Positions 1-9,105 of a stretch of DNA of 64,000 bases are shown here, in pieces. The stretch lies in the NCBI GenBank assembly GCA_964360025.1, contig CAYHUD010000001.1:3922-67921 (forward strand), in the 5' to 3' direction. Position 1 is the stretch's first letter; each line of letters starts with the position of its first letter. This stretch comes from an uncultured Candidatus Saccharibacteria bacterium (GTDB taxonomy: Bacteria; Patescibacteriota; Minisyncoccia; UBA6257; JAUSGH01). The notes under the pieces were generated by a model that worked only from the letters and a program-made list of their open reading frames with translations, did not search any database and was not told the origin of the DNA. Both the position numbers and the translations under genes were made by a program.

Positions 1-1
1 C

Positions 2-78
2 GCTATCGCCGTTGGTCTTCTTGCCAAAGGACTTCCCTTGCTTGTGGACTCCATCATCGGCACAAATATATTAGGTTA
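2..78 (+). CDS. C-terminal fragment of an upstream ORF (hydrophobic tail ...AIAVGLLAKGLPLLVDSIIGTNILG*)
   Basis: open frame from window edge to TAA at 76-78, followed by hairpin+T-run. Confidence 0.25.
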
Positions 79-96
79 ATAGATTTCGTATTTACA

Positions 97-129
97 AAAA
101 AACGCTGCGGCTTTGCCTAGCGTTTTTTT
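97..129 (+). terminator. rho-independent terminator (aaacgctgcggctttgcctagcgttttttt)
   Basis: GC hairpin followed by T7 run after stop at 78. Confidence 0.55.
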
Positions 130-144
130 GTTTTACTTGTCATT

Positions 145-176
145 GTCCCCCTGCGGGGGATCACCCGTAGGGTGAC
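145..176 (+). repeat. family C twin-hairpin motif copy 1 (gtccccctgcgggggatcacccgtagggtgac)
   Basis: near-identical motif also at 4527-4559 and 20202-20233, always directly 3' of a terminator. Confidence 0.6.
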
Positions 177-305
177 GGGGTTTGAAGTCACCGCCTCCGG
201 CGGGACCCCGCCTTCCTTATCTAAAACTTGTGGCGGGGCAATCTTACTTTATATCTATTTATATTATTCCCGCCCTCGGCGGGCGTAATTATTTTATAAA
301 AAGAA

Positions 306-356
306 AGCCCCCGCGGTTCGCGCGCGTCACCTGACGCCGCGAACCGCGGGGGTCCA
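306..356 (-). terminator. hairpin terminator for minus-strand gene 359-946 (cccccgcggttcgcg...cgcgaaccgcggggg)
   Basis: 15-bp perfect inverted repeat immediately 3' of stop on minus strand. Confidence 0.55.
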
Positions 357-358
357 AA

Positions 359-946
359 CTACTTGTGGCACCTCCGGCATGGTGGCCACGACTTGATCGT
401 GACCGTCCCACTGCCGGACACCCGAAATCTAGGCACCGCCTCGGTGAACTCTAGATCGGGCAGCCGTCCGTCCACCGCGAGAGGATTTTCCATCCCCTCA
501 AAGTGGACGGCGACTATGCTTCCCGGTGGAATGCAAACCCGGAAGCACTCCCCGGGGAACTGGAACCAGTCGCCCGGACCATCCGGACCGACTGGGAGCG
601 ATCCCAGCGCGATCGTTTCCGATCGCACCGCGGGGCACGAGTGCCCCACCTGCGGCGCCGCGCCGACTTTTTTCTCTCCGCCTCCCCAGGAGACGGAGAG
701 AATAGCGAGCGAGATGAGCGCCAGCCCCACGATGAGGCCGACACTCGCCTGTTTGCGTGTGATCCAGCGTCCCGCCGGACCACCACGGAGATCCCGAGCG
801 GGGCTTTCGCCACCACCCGCTCCGCCGCCAGATCCTCCGCTCCGCCCCTGCGGAGCCGGTTGTTGCTGGCCACCACCCTGGTGGCCCTGACCCTGACCCG
901 CATCCCCGCTCTGCTGCTGGGAACGCGGTCCGTGTTCGCGAGCCAT
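359..946 (-). CDS. hypothetical Gly/Gln-rich protein with one TM helix; GC-rich ORF
   Basis: ATG preceded by GAAGGAGG RBS on minus strand, terminator hairpin downstream; TM segment ASVGLIVGLALISLAILSV; mirror ORFs on + strand considered artefacts of high GC. Confidence 0.55.
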   Translation of the reverse strand: MAREHGPRSQQQSGDAGQGQGHQGGGQQQPAPQGRSGGSGGGAGGGESPARDLRGGPAGRWITRKQASVGLIVGLALISLAILSVSWGGGEKKVGAAPQVGHSCPAVRSETIALGSLPVGPDGPGDWFQFPGECFRVCIPPGSIVAVHFEGMENPLAVDGRLPDLEFTEAVPRFRVSGSGTVTIKSWPPCRRCHK

Positions 947-958
947 GAAACCTCCTTC

Positions 959-996
959 TGTCCACTATCTCGTCCCATCGGACGAGATAGTGGACA
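959..996. repeat. family B 38-bp palindrome (tgtccactatctcgtcccatcggacgagatagtggaca)
   Basis: near-perfect inverted repeat; copies at 2841, 3495, 26754, 42775, variant 42893. Confidence 0.8.
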
Positions 997-1005
997 CCTG
1001 AAACT

Positions 1006-2058
1006 CTAGAAGATTCTAAACAAGCCACCTTCGGGTATCCCACGAACATCGTGGGTTGTAACCACCCGAGTGGCCTGTCCTACGCTCACTTGAGCATCAA
1101 TGAGGGCATCGCCAGACGACATACCTTGTATCTTACGCTTGGCGATAATTACGTCTTTTTCCTCTTCGCGCGACTCAACGGCTTTCATTTCGCCGTCGGC
1201 GCGCTGTTTCGCCCCCAACGCTTCCTGCGTCGTTTTGCTGAAGGCGATAGAAGCAAGTGAGAACTCTTCCACATCTACGCCATACGTAGTCTCGATGCGG
1301 GAGCGGTCGGCTACATTTTCTTTCTCACGGGCGAGGAGTAACCGAATCCTCGCCGTATTTTTTTCGTAGAAGGCGAGCCGCTTTCTCGGCTTGATCTCAT
1401 TGTGATCAAGCCCGACTACCGGCGGCTCCGCCGGTAGTCCCCCATTTAGAACACCCTCGGGGTCCAGATGGGGGGCGCGAGAGAGTCGGAGCGTGCATTC
1501 AACGAGAAGGAGAATTGCCTCTCGTTTCTCAATGAATGCGCCTCCCCCGTGAGCCCCAGCGATAATCCCCAACGACTCCTTGATGGAGTCGCGGAGACCA
1601 CCGCAAATGGAAACCGCCGGAACCTGCTTGAACTTGCGGATAAGCGCAAGATCAAACCGATACTGCGCGCTCCCCTTGACCCGAATCCCGAGGCGGTCCT
1701 TTGATAAGACCTCTACCTCGAGATTTGCGTCCACAAGCTCGTTTTTCACGAGCTCGTCCACGTTTTGGAAGAATGGCACGATGAAGTGCCACCCCTCCTC
1801 GAGAAGTGGGGGCGGGTTGCCGTCATCCGGCACCCGTTTCCCCCAAGTGAGAACCTCCGTGTAGTGGTCCTTAGGGACCACGACCACCGAGGCGATGACG
1901 ATGATGGCGATGAGGGTCAGAGCCCCTACCACCGCCCACAACGCCACGCTCCCCGAGAGGAGCACAACGCTGTAAAAGGCGACCAGCGCCCACTTTTCGT
2001 ATTTTTCCATGACATACCTTTCTGGGCTTTTTGAGCCCTTGTTTAAGTATCTTGGCAA
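1006..2058 (-). CDS. SPFH/band-7 (stomatin/HflC-like) membrane protein; true start probably internal Met (MEKYEKW..., ~2010)
   Basis: N-terminal TM helix followed by SPFH-like region and C-terminal charged coiled-coil tail. Confidence 0.65.
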   Translation of the reverse strand: MPRYLNKGSKSPERYVMEKYEKWALVAFYSVVLLSGSVALWAVVGALTLIAIIVIASVVVVPKDHYTEVLTWGKRVPDDGNPPPLLEEGWHFIVPFFQNVDELVKNELVDANLEVEVLSKDRLGIRVKGSAQYRFDLALIRKFKQVPAVSICGGLRDSIKESLGIIAGAHGGGAFIEKREAILLLVECTLRLSRAPHLDPEGVLNGGLPAEPPVVGLDHNEIKPRKRLAFYEKNTARIRLLLAREKENVADRSRIETTYGVDVEEFSLASIAFSKTTQEALGAKQRADGEMKAVESREEEKDVIIAKRKIQGMSSGDALIDAQVSVGQATRVVTTHDVRGIPEGGLFRIF

Positions 2059-2112
2059 AGACCAACAATTCTGTTATAATTATACCATTCTAGAACGATA
2101 AAGTCAATAGAA

Positions 2113-2197
2113 GCCCTCGTGGCGGAACTGGCATACGCGCATGGCTTAGGACCATGTCTCGCAAGAGTTAGAGGTTCAAATCCTCTCGAGGGCACCA
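2113..2197 (+). tRNA. tRNA-Leu (anticodon UAG), CCA encoded
   Basis: acceptor GCCCTCG/CGAGGGC, anticodon arm CATGG-CTTAGGA-CCATG, long variable arm, T-arm AGAGG-TTCAAAT-CCTCT. Confidence 0.8.
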
Positions 2198-2291
2198 ATA
2201 CATTGACGTAACAAAATAATATTGTTATATTATTGTCTGTCTTTGCTGTGTGTCGCGGCATAGAAATAGCTCTTTAGGAACAGGAGGTTGT

Positions 2292-2726
2292 ATGAAAAAC
2301 GAGCAAGAAGAAAGTGTTCTCAACAGCGCATATGGTAAAGTGTGGGATAGCCTGGCCATAATAAGACTTTTGAGAAGCAGGCCGTTGGAGCCCAACACCG
2401 ATCTGGGATTCGGCCAAGAGTTCATCTTCGCGACCGAAGATGGGGGGCGCACCATCGCCGGAACAATCATGGGGATGGAGAATACGCCCGACGGACTCCT
2501 GCTCTACGTTTCTGTTCCTCGCTTTCGCGGCAGAAAACTCATCGGACTGATACGCTCCAACGGAAAGTGGGGCGCGTATGTGGACGAGGACCCCTTCGAT
2601 ATGGATACGGCAAATCTCGCGATGGCGGTCGCGCGAGGGGAAATGTCCTCAGAGCAGGCAGATAATCTTATCAAAGCCGTGATCGCATCGCGGTTCGAGG
2701 GTGGTTACCTAAGGCTACTTAAGTAA
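2292..2726 (+). CDS. hypothetical protein
   Basis: AGGAGG RBS 5 nt upstream of ATG 2292 (six-frame ORF 2250-2726). Confidence 0.55.
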   Translation: MKNEQEESVLNSAYGKVWDSLAIIRLLRSRPLEPNTDLGFGQEFIFATEDGGRTIAGTIMGMENTPDGLLLYVSVPRFRGRKLIGLIRSNGKWGAYVDEDPFDMDTANLAMAVARGEMSSEQADNLIKAVIASRFEGGYLRLLK

Positions 2727-2840
2727 CTCTCTCTTCTACCTCTGTCACATAGCGGTCGGGAAACACTCCCGGGCCGCTTTTCTTTTTCCTGGAGAATACA
2801 GAATACTACCACCATACACAGACCTCAATCCCTCCCGCTT

Positions 2841-2878
2841 TGTCCACTATCTCGTCCCATGGGACGAGATAGTGGACA
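2841..2878. repeat. family B 38-bp perfect palindrome
   Basis: tgtccactatctcgtcccatgggacgagatagtggaca; flanks gene 2916-3491 on the 5' side. Confidence 0.85.
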
Positions 2879-2915
2879 AATATCAAAAAAATAATAAGCT
2901 GTGTAATATATCAAT

Positions 2916-3491
2916 ATGCGTGGAGATTTAATTCTATTCGTATTAAAAACGCTTCAAGTTGGCGCCCTATCCGTTACTGCGATCGCAGATTTACTGGATG
3001 AACACAGCATTCGCAATACCAATGCCTCTTTTTGGGGGCATCCTATAAAATCACCTCCGAAGCGCAGGATGATTTTTGAAGATAAAATAAATTCTCTCTC
3101 GCGGCAAAGGATGTTGGCTAAAATGGTATCAAAATTAAAATCTGAGGGGCTGGTGGTAAAAGACAAACAAGATATATGTGGGATAACAAAAAACGGCATA
3201 GTAAAATTGGGAAAATTATTAAATCTTAGAAGTCAGACGCCGAATTATGTCACCGAACAATCAAACGAGGTTAAAATAATCACCTTTGATATTCCGGAAT
3301 CAAAAAGGTCATCCCGTGTTTGGTTAAGACAAGCTTTAAAAAATCTCCGATTTAACTTTTTACAAAAAAGCGTCTGGGTGGGCAAAACTATAATCCCCCA
3401 CGAGTTCTTAAGCGATCTCCGCCAAAGAGAAATCTTTGATTTTGTAGAAATACTCGCAGTCACTAAAAAAGGCACGCTCCGTCAAATATAA
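2916..3491 (+). CDS. winged-helix DNA-binding protein with C-terminal Cas2/VapD-like domain (AT-rich gene)
   Basis: N-terminal wHTH-like segment; C-terminal 'KIITFDIPESKRSSRVWLRQALKNLRFNFLQKSVWVGK' matches Cas2 signature (YDI...KRR...L...G.R.Q.SVF); no cas1 or CRISPR array nearby. Confidence 0.5.
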   Translation: MRGDLILFVLKTLQVGALSVTAIADLLDEHSIRNTNASFWGHPIKSPPKRRMIFEDKINSLSRQRMLAKMVSKLKSEGLVVKDKQDICGITKNGIVKLGKLLNLRSQTPNYVTEQSNEVKIITFDIPESKRSSRVWLRQALKNLRFNFLQKSVWVGKTIIPHEFLSDLRQREIFDFVEILAVTKKGTLRQI

Positions 3492-3494
3492 AAA

Positions 3495-3531
3495 TCCCCT
3501 ATCTCGTCCCATGGGACGAGATGGGGGACAA
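3495..3531. repeat. family B palindrome (tcccctatctcgtcccatgggacgagatgggggaca)
   Basis: flanks gene 2916-3491 on the 3' side, 4 nt after stop. Confidence 0.8.
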
Positions 3532-3696
3532 GATAATACCCGAGAGAAGTAGCGCCCGGATAAAATAGTGCGGCAAGCCCCGAGTTTTAGCCCGTGACTT
3601 GCAACCAGGTTGGATCAGAATCACAATTTTGCTTTTTTATAATAAATGCTATTATAGCCGTTAGGTCATTGAAAAACCGCTTTGCGGGGGTGAAAT

Positions 3697-4476
3697 ATGT
3701 CACTCGTGACCACAAAGAAGAATCCGCAGGAAATACAAGAGAAATCCGGAAGAGAATGTGTCAAGTGGTCGGATGTTTATACCAGTATTCAAAGAAGAAA
3801 TCTTCTCGCGAAAACGAAAAGGGCTCTGCAGGACTTTCTCGCCTTCCTGTGTCATGTACCGCGGCTGACCGAAGAGGTGGAGATCGCCGGAGCTTACGGA
3901 CTTGTCCCCGACAAGCTGGTCGTAGTAGGGCACGCAAACCTGCCGCCCAATACGATCTGCGAAAGAACCTGGTCCTATGAAGCCGACGCGGAAGCAAAAC
4001 CGCCCAAACCGCAATATCTCTACCAGCCCGTGCTCTGGCGAGACGCCGATCGGATCATCCTGAATTATTCCCTGACTCCGGAAGACATTTGGGAAGCTCG
4101 GGACAAAATCCAGAAGCTAACATCTTTGAAACAAAATGCCATAGGTCAGTCACCGGACGAAACGAGCGCAATAGTCTCCGCGCTCTTGGCTTTGGCTGGT
4201 TCTCCGGCGGCGTGGCGACTCATACGGACCATCCGACTAGCGGTATCAAAAGAACCGTACACTTCTCAGTCCGGAGTTCCCGAGTTTGCATGTCTCATAA
4301 TGGATACGAACTGGGATACAGAAGATTGTGGTGGCCTTTGTCATCTTATGATGGGGGGTCTTAGGCGTTATTACGTCAATACCAACAACCCAAAAGAACT
4401 TACCGCCATAGCGGCAACATACGAACTCTCTGCAGAAAAATTGCGCCAAATCAAAGAAATGATTGAAGCAACTTAA
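3697..4476 (+). CDS. hypothetical protein (259 aa)
   Basis: long ORF, terminator follows; no recognisable motif. Confidence 0.5.
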   Translation: MSLVTTKKNPQEIQEKSGRECVKWSDVYTSIQRRNLLAKTKRALQDFLAFLCHVPRLTEEVEIAGAYGLVPDKLVVVGHANLPPNTICERTWSYEADAEAKPPKPQYLYQPVLWRDADRIILNYSLTPEDIWEARDKIQKLTSLKQNAIGQSPDETSAIVSALLALAGSPAAWRLIRTIRLAVSKEPYTSQSGVPEFACLIMDTNWDTEDCGGLCHLMMGGLRRYYVNTNNPKELTAIAATYELSAEKLRQIKEMIEAT

Positions 4477-4483
4477 ACCATGA

Positions 4484-4510
4484 AACCCTGCCCAGGCGGG
4501 GTGTTTTTTT
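4484..4510 (+). terminator. rho-independent terminator (ccctgcccaggcggggtgttttttt)
   Basis: GC hairpin + T7. Confidence 0.6.
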
Positions 4511-4526
4511 ATATTAAAGTAAGATT

Positions 4527-4559
4527 GTGTCCCTGCGGGACATCTCCCGAAGGGATGAC
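4527..4559 (+). repeat. family C twin-hairpin motif copy 2 (gtgtccctgcgggacatctcccgaagggatgac)
   Basis: same orientation and context (just after a terminator) as copies 1 and 3. Confidence 0.6.
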
Positions 4560-4562
4560 CAC

Positions 4563-4683
4563 GCTTCGCTCTCAATGACAACAGATGGAGATTCTTCGCG
4601 CAACGCTCAGAATGACAGAAAAACCGCTCTAGCGACGGCGGCCATCGGCTCGCCAAAGCTCTAGCGACGGCGGCCGTGAAATG
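4563..4683. repeat. family A fragment (gagattcttcgcgcaacgctcagaatgaca) plus 2x direct repeat 'ctctagcgacggcggcc'; overlaps 3' end of recombinase gene
   Basis: direct sequence match to family A modules; 17-bp exact duplication 40 bp apart. Confidence 0.6.
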
Positions 4684-5620
4684 TCTTATGAATATCCTTC
4701 AGTTCCTTATTAGTGATATGAGTATAGACCTGCGTTGTCGCAATATTGCTATGCCCCAAAAGCTCCTGTACAGCACGAAGGTCGGCGCCGTTCATCAGCA
4801 AATCGGTCGCGAAAAGATGGCGTAAACTGTGCGGCGTGAGCCGCTTTCCCGCTATCCCCGCCTTCGCCCCATAAAAATGAATAAGCCGCTGAATGGTGCG
4901 CGGCACGATGCGCCCAATCATTTTGGGATTCTTTGCTTTAGTAAAACTAACGAATAAAGCCTCGTCAGCATCGGTCCTCTTGTCCAAATAATTTTTAATA
5001 CTCGTCTTGGCTTTATCCGACAAAAATACAATGCGCAGCTTGTCGCCTTTGCCGCGGATGGTGAGCTCGCCTTTTTGTAAATCAAGATAACGATTCAGCT
5101 TGCAAAGCTCCGAAATACGAAGGCCTGTGGAAAAAAGTGTTTCTAGAATCGCCCTGTCGCGCAGGGTTTTAACTTCATCTCCCGCAGGCGCGGCTAAGAG
5201 ACGCACCAGCTCGGGGTATTCAATCACCTCAATTTGTCGCGAGACGGCCTTGGGAAGCTCTATTTTGTCGGGCGATAAAACATCGTAATCACGTTTGGTG
5301 AGATACTTCAAAAAATTACGGATGGCGATGACATAGTAGCTCTGCGTGGACTTTTTGAGCGGTTCGCCACTGCGCGTGCTTTCACGCGCTAAACTGATGC
5401 GAAAAGCCCGCACCGCCTCGGGAGTAATATCGGCTATGTTCTTAACTCCGGAACTACTGACGAATCGTGTTAAATACCGCTCGTAGTTTTCCCGCGTCTT
5501 CGGTGAGCGATTTTTTTCCACCTCCAAATAATCCAAATATTCTTTTAAAAGTTTGGCGATCACACTTCTATTATATAATATTTTGCGACAGTTGCCGCCT
5601 TGCTTTGCGACAAAGACCAT
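4661..5620 (-). CDS. xerD: tyrosine site-specific recombinase, XerC/XerD family
   Basis: C-terminal catalytic signature ...HSLRHLFATDLL...LLGHSNIATTQVYTHI; start may be internal GTG. Confidence 0.85.
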   Translation of the reverse strand: MVFVAKQGGNCRKILYNRSVIAKLLKEYLDYLEVEKNRSPKTRENYERYLTRFVSSSGVKNIADITPEAVRAFRISLARESTRSGEPLKKSTQSYYVIAIRNFLKYLTKRDYDVLSPDKIELPKAVSRQIEVIEYPELVRLLAAPAGDEVKTLRDRAILETLFSTGLRISELCKLNRYLDLQKGELTIRGKGDKLRIVFLSDKAKTSIKNYLDKRTDADEALFVSFTKAKNPKMIGRIVPRTIQRLIHFYGAKAGIAGKRLTPHSLRHLFATDLLMNGADLRAVQELLGHSNIATTQVYTHITNKELKDIHKTFHGRRR

Positions 5621-5643
5621 CTATACTCTATACTTAAATTACT

Positions 5644-7479
5644 ATGGACTCTCTATACAAAAATATATTTTGGGCAGTGATAACATTGATAGTTGTCGCG
5701 GTAACGTTTTCATTTCTTGTCGGCGACGGAGAAACGACAAAAAATCTTTCCATCAACCAACTGGTCGCGGAAATAAACGCGGGGAAGGTCGCTAAAATCG
5801 CCGTCTCCGGAAACAATCTGGAAATTGAGCTTAAAGATGGGGTGAAGGCAGTGGCTAGAAAAGAAAATGAGGCGGGGCTTACCGAAACATTAAAAAACTT
5901 TGGGCTGGACAGCCGACTTTTAGAAAATGTGGACATCCAAATCAAAGACGAGTCGGGTCTGCGCTTCTGGCTGGGCATTATCATCCCGACAGTTTTGCCG
6001 ATTATCGTCATCCTCATCATCTTCTGGTCTGTTTTCCGCCAAGCGAAAAGCGGGGCATCGCAGGCATTTACTTTCGGACGCGCCAACATCCGTCTTTTCT
6101 CGTCATATAAAAATCGTGTTTCATTTAAGGATGTCGCGGGACTGAAGGAAGCCAAACAGGAACTGGAGGAAGTGGTGGATTTCCTCCGCAATCCGAAAAA
6201 GTTTATGGATATCGGGGCGCGCATACCACGCGGAGTGTTACTTATGGGCGCGCCGGGCACGGGGAAGACGCTTCTGGCTCGCGCCGTAGCAGGGGAAAGC
6301 GGCGTGCCTTTTTTTCATATTTCGGCTTCGGAGTTTGTGGAAATGTTCGTAGGCGTGGGAGCGGCGAGAACCAGAGACGCTTTTGAAACGGCAAAAAAAG
6401 CCGCGCCCTCTATACTTTTCGTTGACGAGATAGACGCCGTGGGCCGCGAGCGCGGATCCGGTATAGGCGGCGGACATGACGAAAGAGAGCAGACTTTAAA
6501 CCAGATCCTTGTGGAGATGGACGGCTTTGAACGCGATACGCGCGTCATCGTCCTTGCCGCAACGAACCGCCCCGATGTTCTGGATCCGGCATTGCTCCGT
6601 CCCGGACGCTTTGACAGGAGAGTAGTGCTTGATCTCCCCGATATTACCGACAGGGAAGCCATACTTAAAATACACGCGCTCAATAAACCGCTAGATAAAG
6701 AAGTTGATCTGCGTAAGATCGCCGTACGCACTCCGGGATTTTCCGGCGCCGATTTAGCCAATCTTGTAAACGAGGCGGCAATCTCAACCGCGAGAAAAAA
6801 TAAAAGAATCATCGGCCAAAACGAGCTGTATAATTCTATAGAAAAAGTTTTGCTTGGTCCGGAACGGCGGAACAGAGTCATTTCACAGAAAGAACGCGAC
6901 ATCACCGCCTACCATGAAGCGGGACACGCCCTTGCCGCCGCCAGTTTAAAAAATTCCGATCCGGTGCATAAAGTTTCTATTGTGAGCAGGGGACAGGCGG
7001 GGGGCTATACGCTGAAATTGCCTCTGGAAGAAACCCGCCTGCATACCCGTTCGCAATTTTTAACCGACCTCGCGATGATGCTCGGCGGCTATGCGGCGGA
7101 AGAAAAAGTTTTCGGCGAGATGTCCACTGGCGCATCAAGCGATCTGCAAAAAGCTTCGGAGCTCGCCCGCCGGCTCGTAACCCAATACGGCATGAGCGAC
7201 AAACTGGGCCCGATGACTTTCGGCAAGACACAGGAGATGATATTTCTGGGACGCGAAATGACAACCGAAAAAAATTATTCTGAAGACGTCGCCAAGGCGA
7301 TTGACGGAGAGGTCCAAAAATTTATCGCCAACGCCCATAAAACAGCGCAGAAGATTATCCAGACGCGGCGCAAAGTGCTGGATGTGATTGCTAAAGTGCT
7401 TCTGGAAAAAGAAACGATTGAACAGGACGAATTTGCCGAGCTGATGAAGCAACACAATACGAAGCCGATTATTGCTTAA
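5644..7479 (+). CDS. ftsH: ATP-dependent zinc metalloprotease FtsH
   Basis: N-terminal TM, Walker [21 protein letters not shown] region, zinc motif HEAGHAL. Confidence 0.95.
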   Translation: MDSLYKNIFWAVITLIVVAVTFSFLVGDGETTKNLSINQLVAEINAGKVAKIAVSGNNLEIELKDGVKAVARKENEAGLTETLKNFGLDSRLLENVDIQIKDESGLRFWLGIIIPTVLPIIVILIIFWSVFRQAKSGASQAFTFGRANIRLFSSYKNRVSFKDVAGLKEAKQELEEVVDFLRNPKKFMDIGARIPRGVLLMGAPGTGKTLLARAVAGESGVPFFHISASEFVEMFVGVGAARTRDAFETAKKAAPSILFVDEIDAVGRERGSGIGGGHDEREQTLNQILVEMDGFERDTRVIVLAATNRPDVLDPALLRPGRFDRRVVLDLPDITDREAILKIHALNKPLDKEVDLRKIAVRTPGFSGADLANLVNEAAISTARKNKRIIGQNELYNSIEKVLLGPERRNRVISQKERDITAYHEAGHALAAASLKNSDPVHKVSIVSRGQAGGYTLKLPLEETRLHTRSQFLTDLAMMLGGYAAEEKVFGEMSTGASSDLQKASELARRLVTQYGMSDKLGPMTFGKTQEMIFLGREMTTEKNYSEDVAKAIDGEVQKFIANAHKTAQKIIQTRRKVLDVIAKVLLEKETIEQDEFAELMKQHNTKPIIA

Positions 7480-7563
7480 GTTTTAAAATCCCCGAACTGG
7501 GGGTTTTAATTTAAATACGGATTGATATTTTACCCGAATAAAGCTATTATATAGGGTAGCAAC

Positions 7564-7636
7564 GCGCGTGTAGCTCAACGGTTAGAGCATCGAGCTTATA
7601 CCTCGGGGGTTCATGGTTCGAATCCATGCACGCGCA
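7564..7636 (+). tRNA. tRNA-Ile, apparent anticodon UAU (loop CTTATAC); no CCA encoded
   Basis: cloverleaf: acceptor GCGCGTG/CACGCGC, D GCTC/GAGC, T-arm CATGG-TTCGAAT-CCATG. Confidence 0.65.
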
Positions 7637-7652
7637 CAAAATAGCAGGTTTT

Positions 7653-7724
7653 GCGCGCTTAGCTTAGTGGTAGAGCGACCCGTTTACACCGGGTAGGTCG
7701 GGGGTCCGATTCCCTCAGCGCGCA
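7653..7724 (+). tRNA. tRNA-Val (anticodon UAC)
   Basis: acceptor GCGCGCT/AGCGCGC, anticodon arm ACCCG-TTTACAC-CGGGT; slightly atypical T-loop. Confidence 0.65.
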
Positions 7725-7804
7725 CAAATAGAATTTGTGCCGCGAAGGAATCGGATCGGGAAAAGGGATTTTAGGCTAGTAAAATAGTGACTTGGTCGGG
7801 GATA

Positions 7805-7832
7805 TTGACAAATCCTGTGTATTTGCTATAAT
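7805..7832 (+). promoter_or_regulatory. sigma70-type promoter TTGACA-N16-TATAAT
   Basis: consensus hexamers read directly; upstream of ORF 7891. Confidence 0.5.
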
Positions 7833-7890
7833 AGATGATGTAGTAAATTGACATTGTGGTTTCGGTTTTTTTTCAATTGGAGGGCATAAC

Positions 7891-8112
7891 ATGCCCAGCC
7901 AACTCAAGCGCAAGTTCACGACCGACGAGGGGCCGCACGCGCGGTTCCTCGAGTCCTGCCGGCACGGTGCCGATGTGGCGCCGCCGCCGCAGAAACCGTG
8001 TTCCCGCAACGCGCGGGAGCACAACTTCGGGGACTTCCACTCCGCGCGGCAAATCGCCGCCGCGGAGCGGATGGAGCAAGAAGACGAAGCCAATCAGGGC
8101 CTCGTCAACTAG
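7891..8112 (+). CDS. small hypothetical protein (73 aa), GC-rich
   Basis: GGAGGG RBS 8 nt upstream; high GC3. Confidence 0.45.
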   Translation: MPSQLKRKFTTDEGPHARFLESCRHGADVAPPPQKPCSRNAREHNFGDFHSARQIAAAERMEQEDEANQGLVN

Positions 8113-8220
8113 CAGAAGCCGAGGGAGGGGGAGACTCATTCTACTCCCTCCCTCGGCTGGGTGAAAATCTCTGTGGTTGTCGGTTGTTCGGGGAAAAAAC
8201 TCAAGAACAAGGAGAAAGAA

Positions 8221-8430
8221 ATGTCCGCTCCAGCAGCAGCACCGCGAAAGCACCAAGACGCTTTCCGGGTGGCGAACCGCGCCGCCCGCCACGCCCAGTC
8301 GGCAGGACCCAGCGTCCCGCCGGAGGAGAACCTCCCCGTGGGGAACACCGCCACGGAAGAGGCCTTCTATGGCGGTGTCATGCGCGCGATGCGCAACACC
8401 GCCCACGCGCCTGCTCGCGGAGGCGAGTAG
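8221..8430 (+). CDS. small hypothetical protein (~69 aa), GC-rich
   Basis: AAGGAG RBS before ATG 8221 (six-frame ORF 8161-8430). Confidence 0.4.
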   Translation: MSAPAAAPRKHQDAFRVANRAARHAQSAGPSVPPEENLPVGNTATEEAFYGGVMRAMRNTAHAPARGGE

Positions 8431-8522
8431 ACGCACCGCCACCAGGAGGTGGCGGCAACGAGAACTCTCAAACCAAGACCCAGGGGGTCAGAGGTATGAG
8501 AGTTCTTTTTTTATTTAAAGAA

Positions 8523-8692
8523 AGAGAGATTCTTCGCGGGACGCCTGCCTGCCGGCAGGCAGGCTCAGAATGACGAAGGGGTTGTTACCCTCCTGGAATT
8601 AAATTCTGTCATCCTGAGGTTTACCGAAGGATCTCAAGTGAGATTCTTCGCGGGACGCCTGCCTGCCGGCAGGCAGGCTCAGAATGACGATC
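8523..8692. repeat. family A repeat array 1 (2 long units gagattcttcgcgggacgcctgcctgccggcaggcaggctcagaatgacga + 1 mirror unit tgtcatcctgag..gaaggatctc)
   Basis: exact 51-bp unit at 8525-8575 and 8639-8690. Confidence 0.85.
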
Positions 8693-8704
8693 AACCATAG
8701 AGAA

Positions 8705-8733
8705 TTTGACAAATGGGCGTAAAACCACTATAA
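8705..8733 (+). promoter_or_regulatory. sigma70-type promoter TTGACA-N17-TATAAA
   Basis: upstream of ORF 8780. Confidence 0.45.
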
Positions 8734-8779
8734 ATACTGAAGGCAGTCGTTCATATTCCCACCTCACTGGAGGGAGAAA

Positions 8780-8971
8780 ATGCCCACACCGGTAAAAGAA
8801 CCAACTCGACGCGGACAACTGGAAGCAGAATTTGCAGAGCATCGCTGGCGGCAAAAGAAGATGAATAAGTTGGAAGATGCGGCATTCCACCCTCTGTTGC
8901 CGAATCCGGATATGGCAAAAGTCGTTTGGCAACAGATGATCCAGGATCTTCAAATCCAAAATTCGCACTAA
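8780..8971 (+). CDS. small hypothetical protein (63 aa)
   Basis: GGAGGG RBS 6 nt upstream of ATG. Confidence 0.5.
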   Translation: MPTPVKEPTRRGQLEAEFAEHRWRQKKMNKLEDAAFHPLLPNPDMAKVVWQQMIQDLQIQNSH

Positions 8972-9105
8972 AAGTTAAGACGCGGAATCTCATTACTGCC
9001 CAGAAGGGGCAGTGGTGAGAATTTTTTTATTTATAATAAAACTTGCTTTTCACGACAATTTCTTTTATCATAGGTTTTAGTTTTATTGACAACGAAGGAG
9101 GTGCG

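Noticed and set aside
363-1049. Plus-strand and alternative minus-strand ORFs overlapping 359-946 (363-890 +, 503-1009 +, 498-1049 -, 514-978 -)
   Set aside because: Mirror ORFs typical of high-GC DNA. Only the 359-946 minus frame has an RBS, a TM helix and a downstream terminator.
5634-6260. Minus-strand ORF antisense to ftsH (208 aa) and similar antisense ORFs inside hppA, valS, recG and the helicase gene
   Set aside because: They lie fully inside strongly supported genes on the opposite strand, have low-complexity composition and no independent signals.
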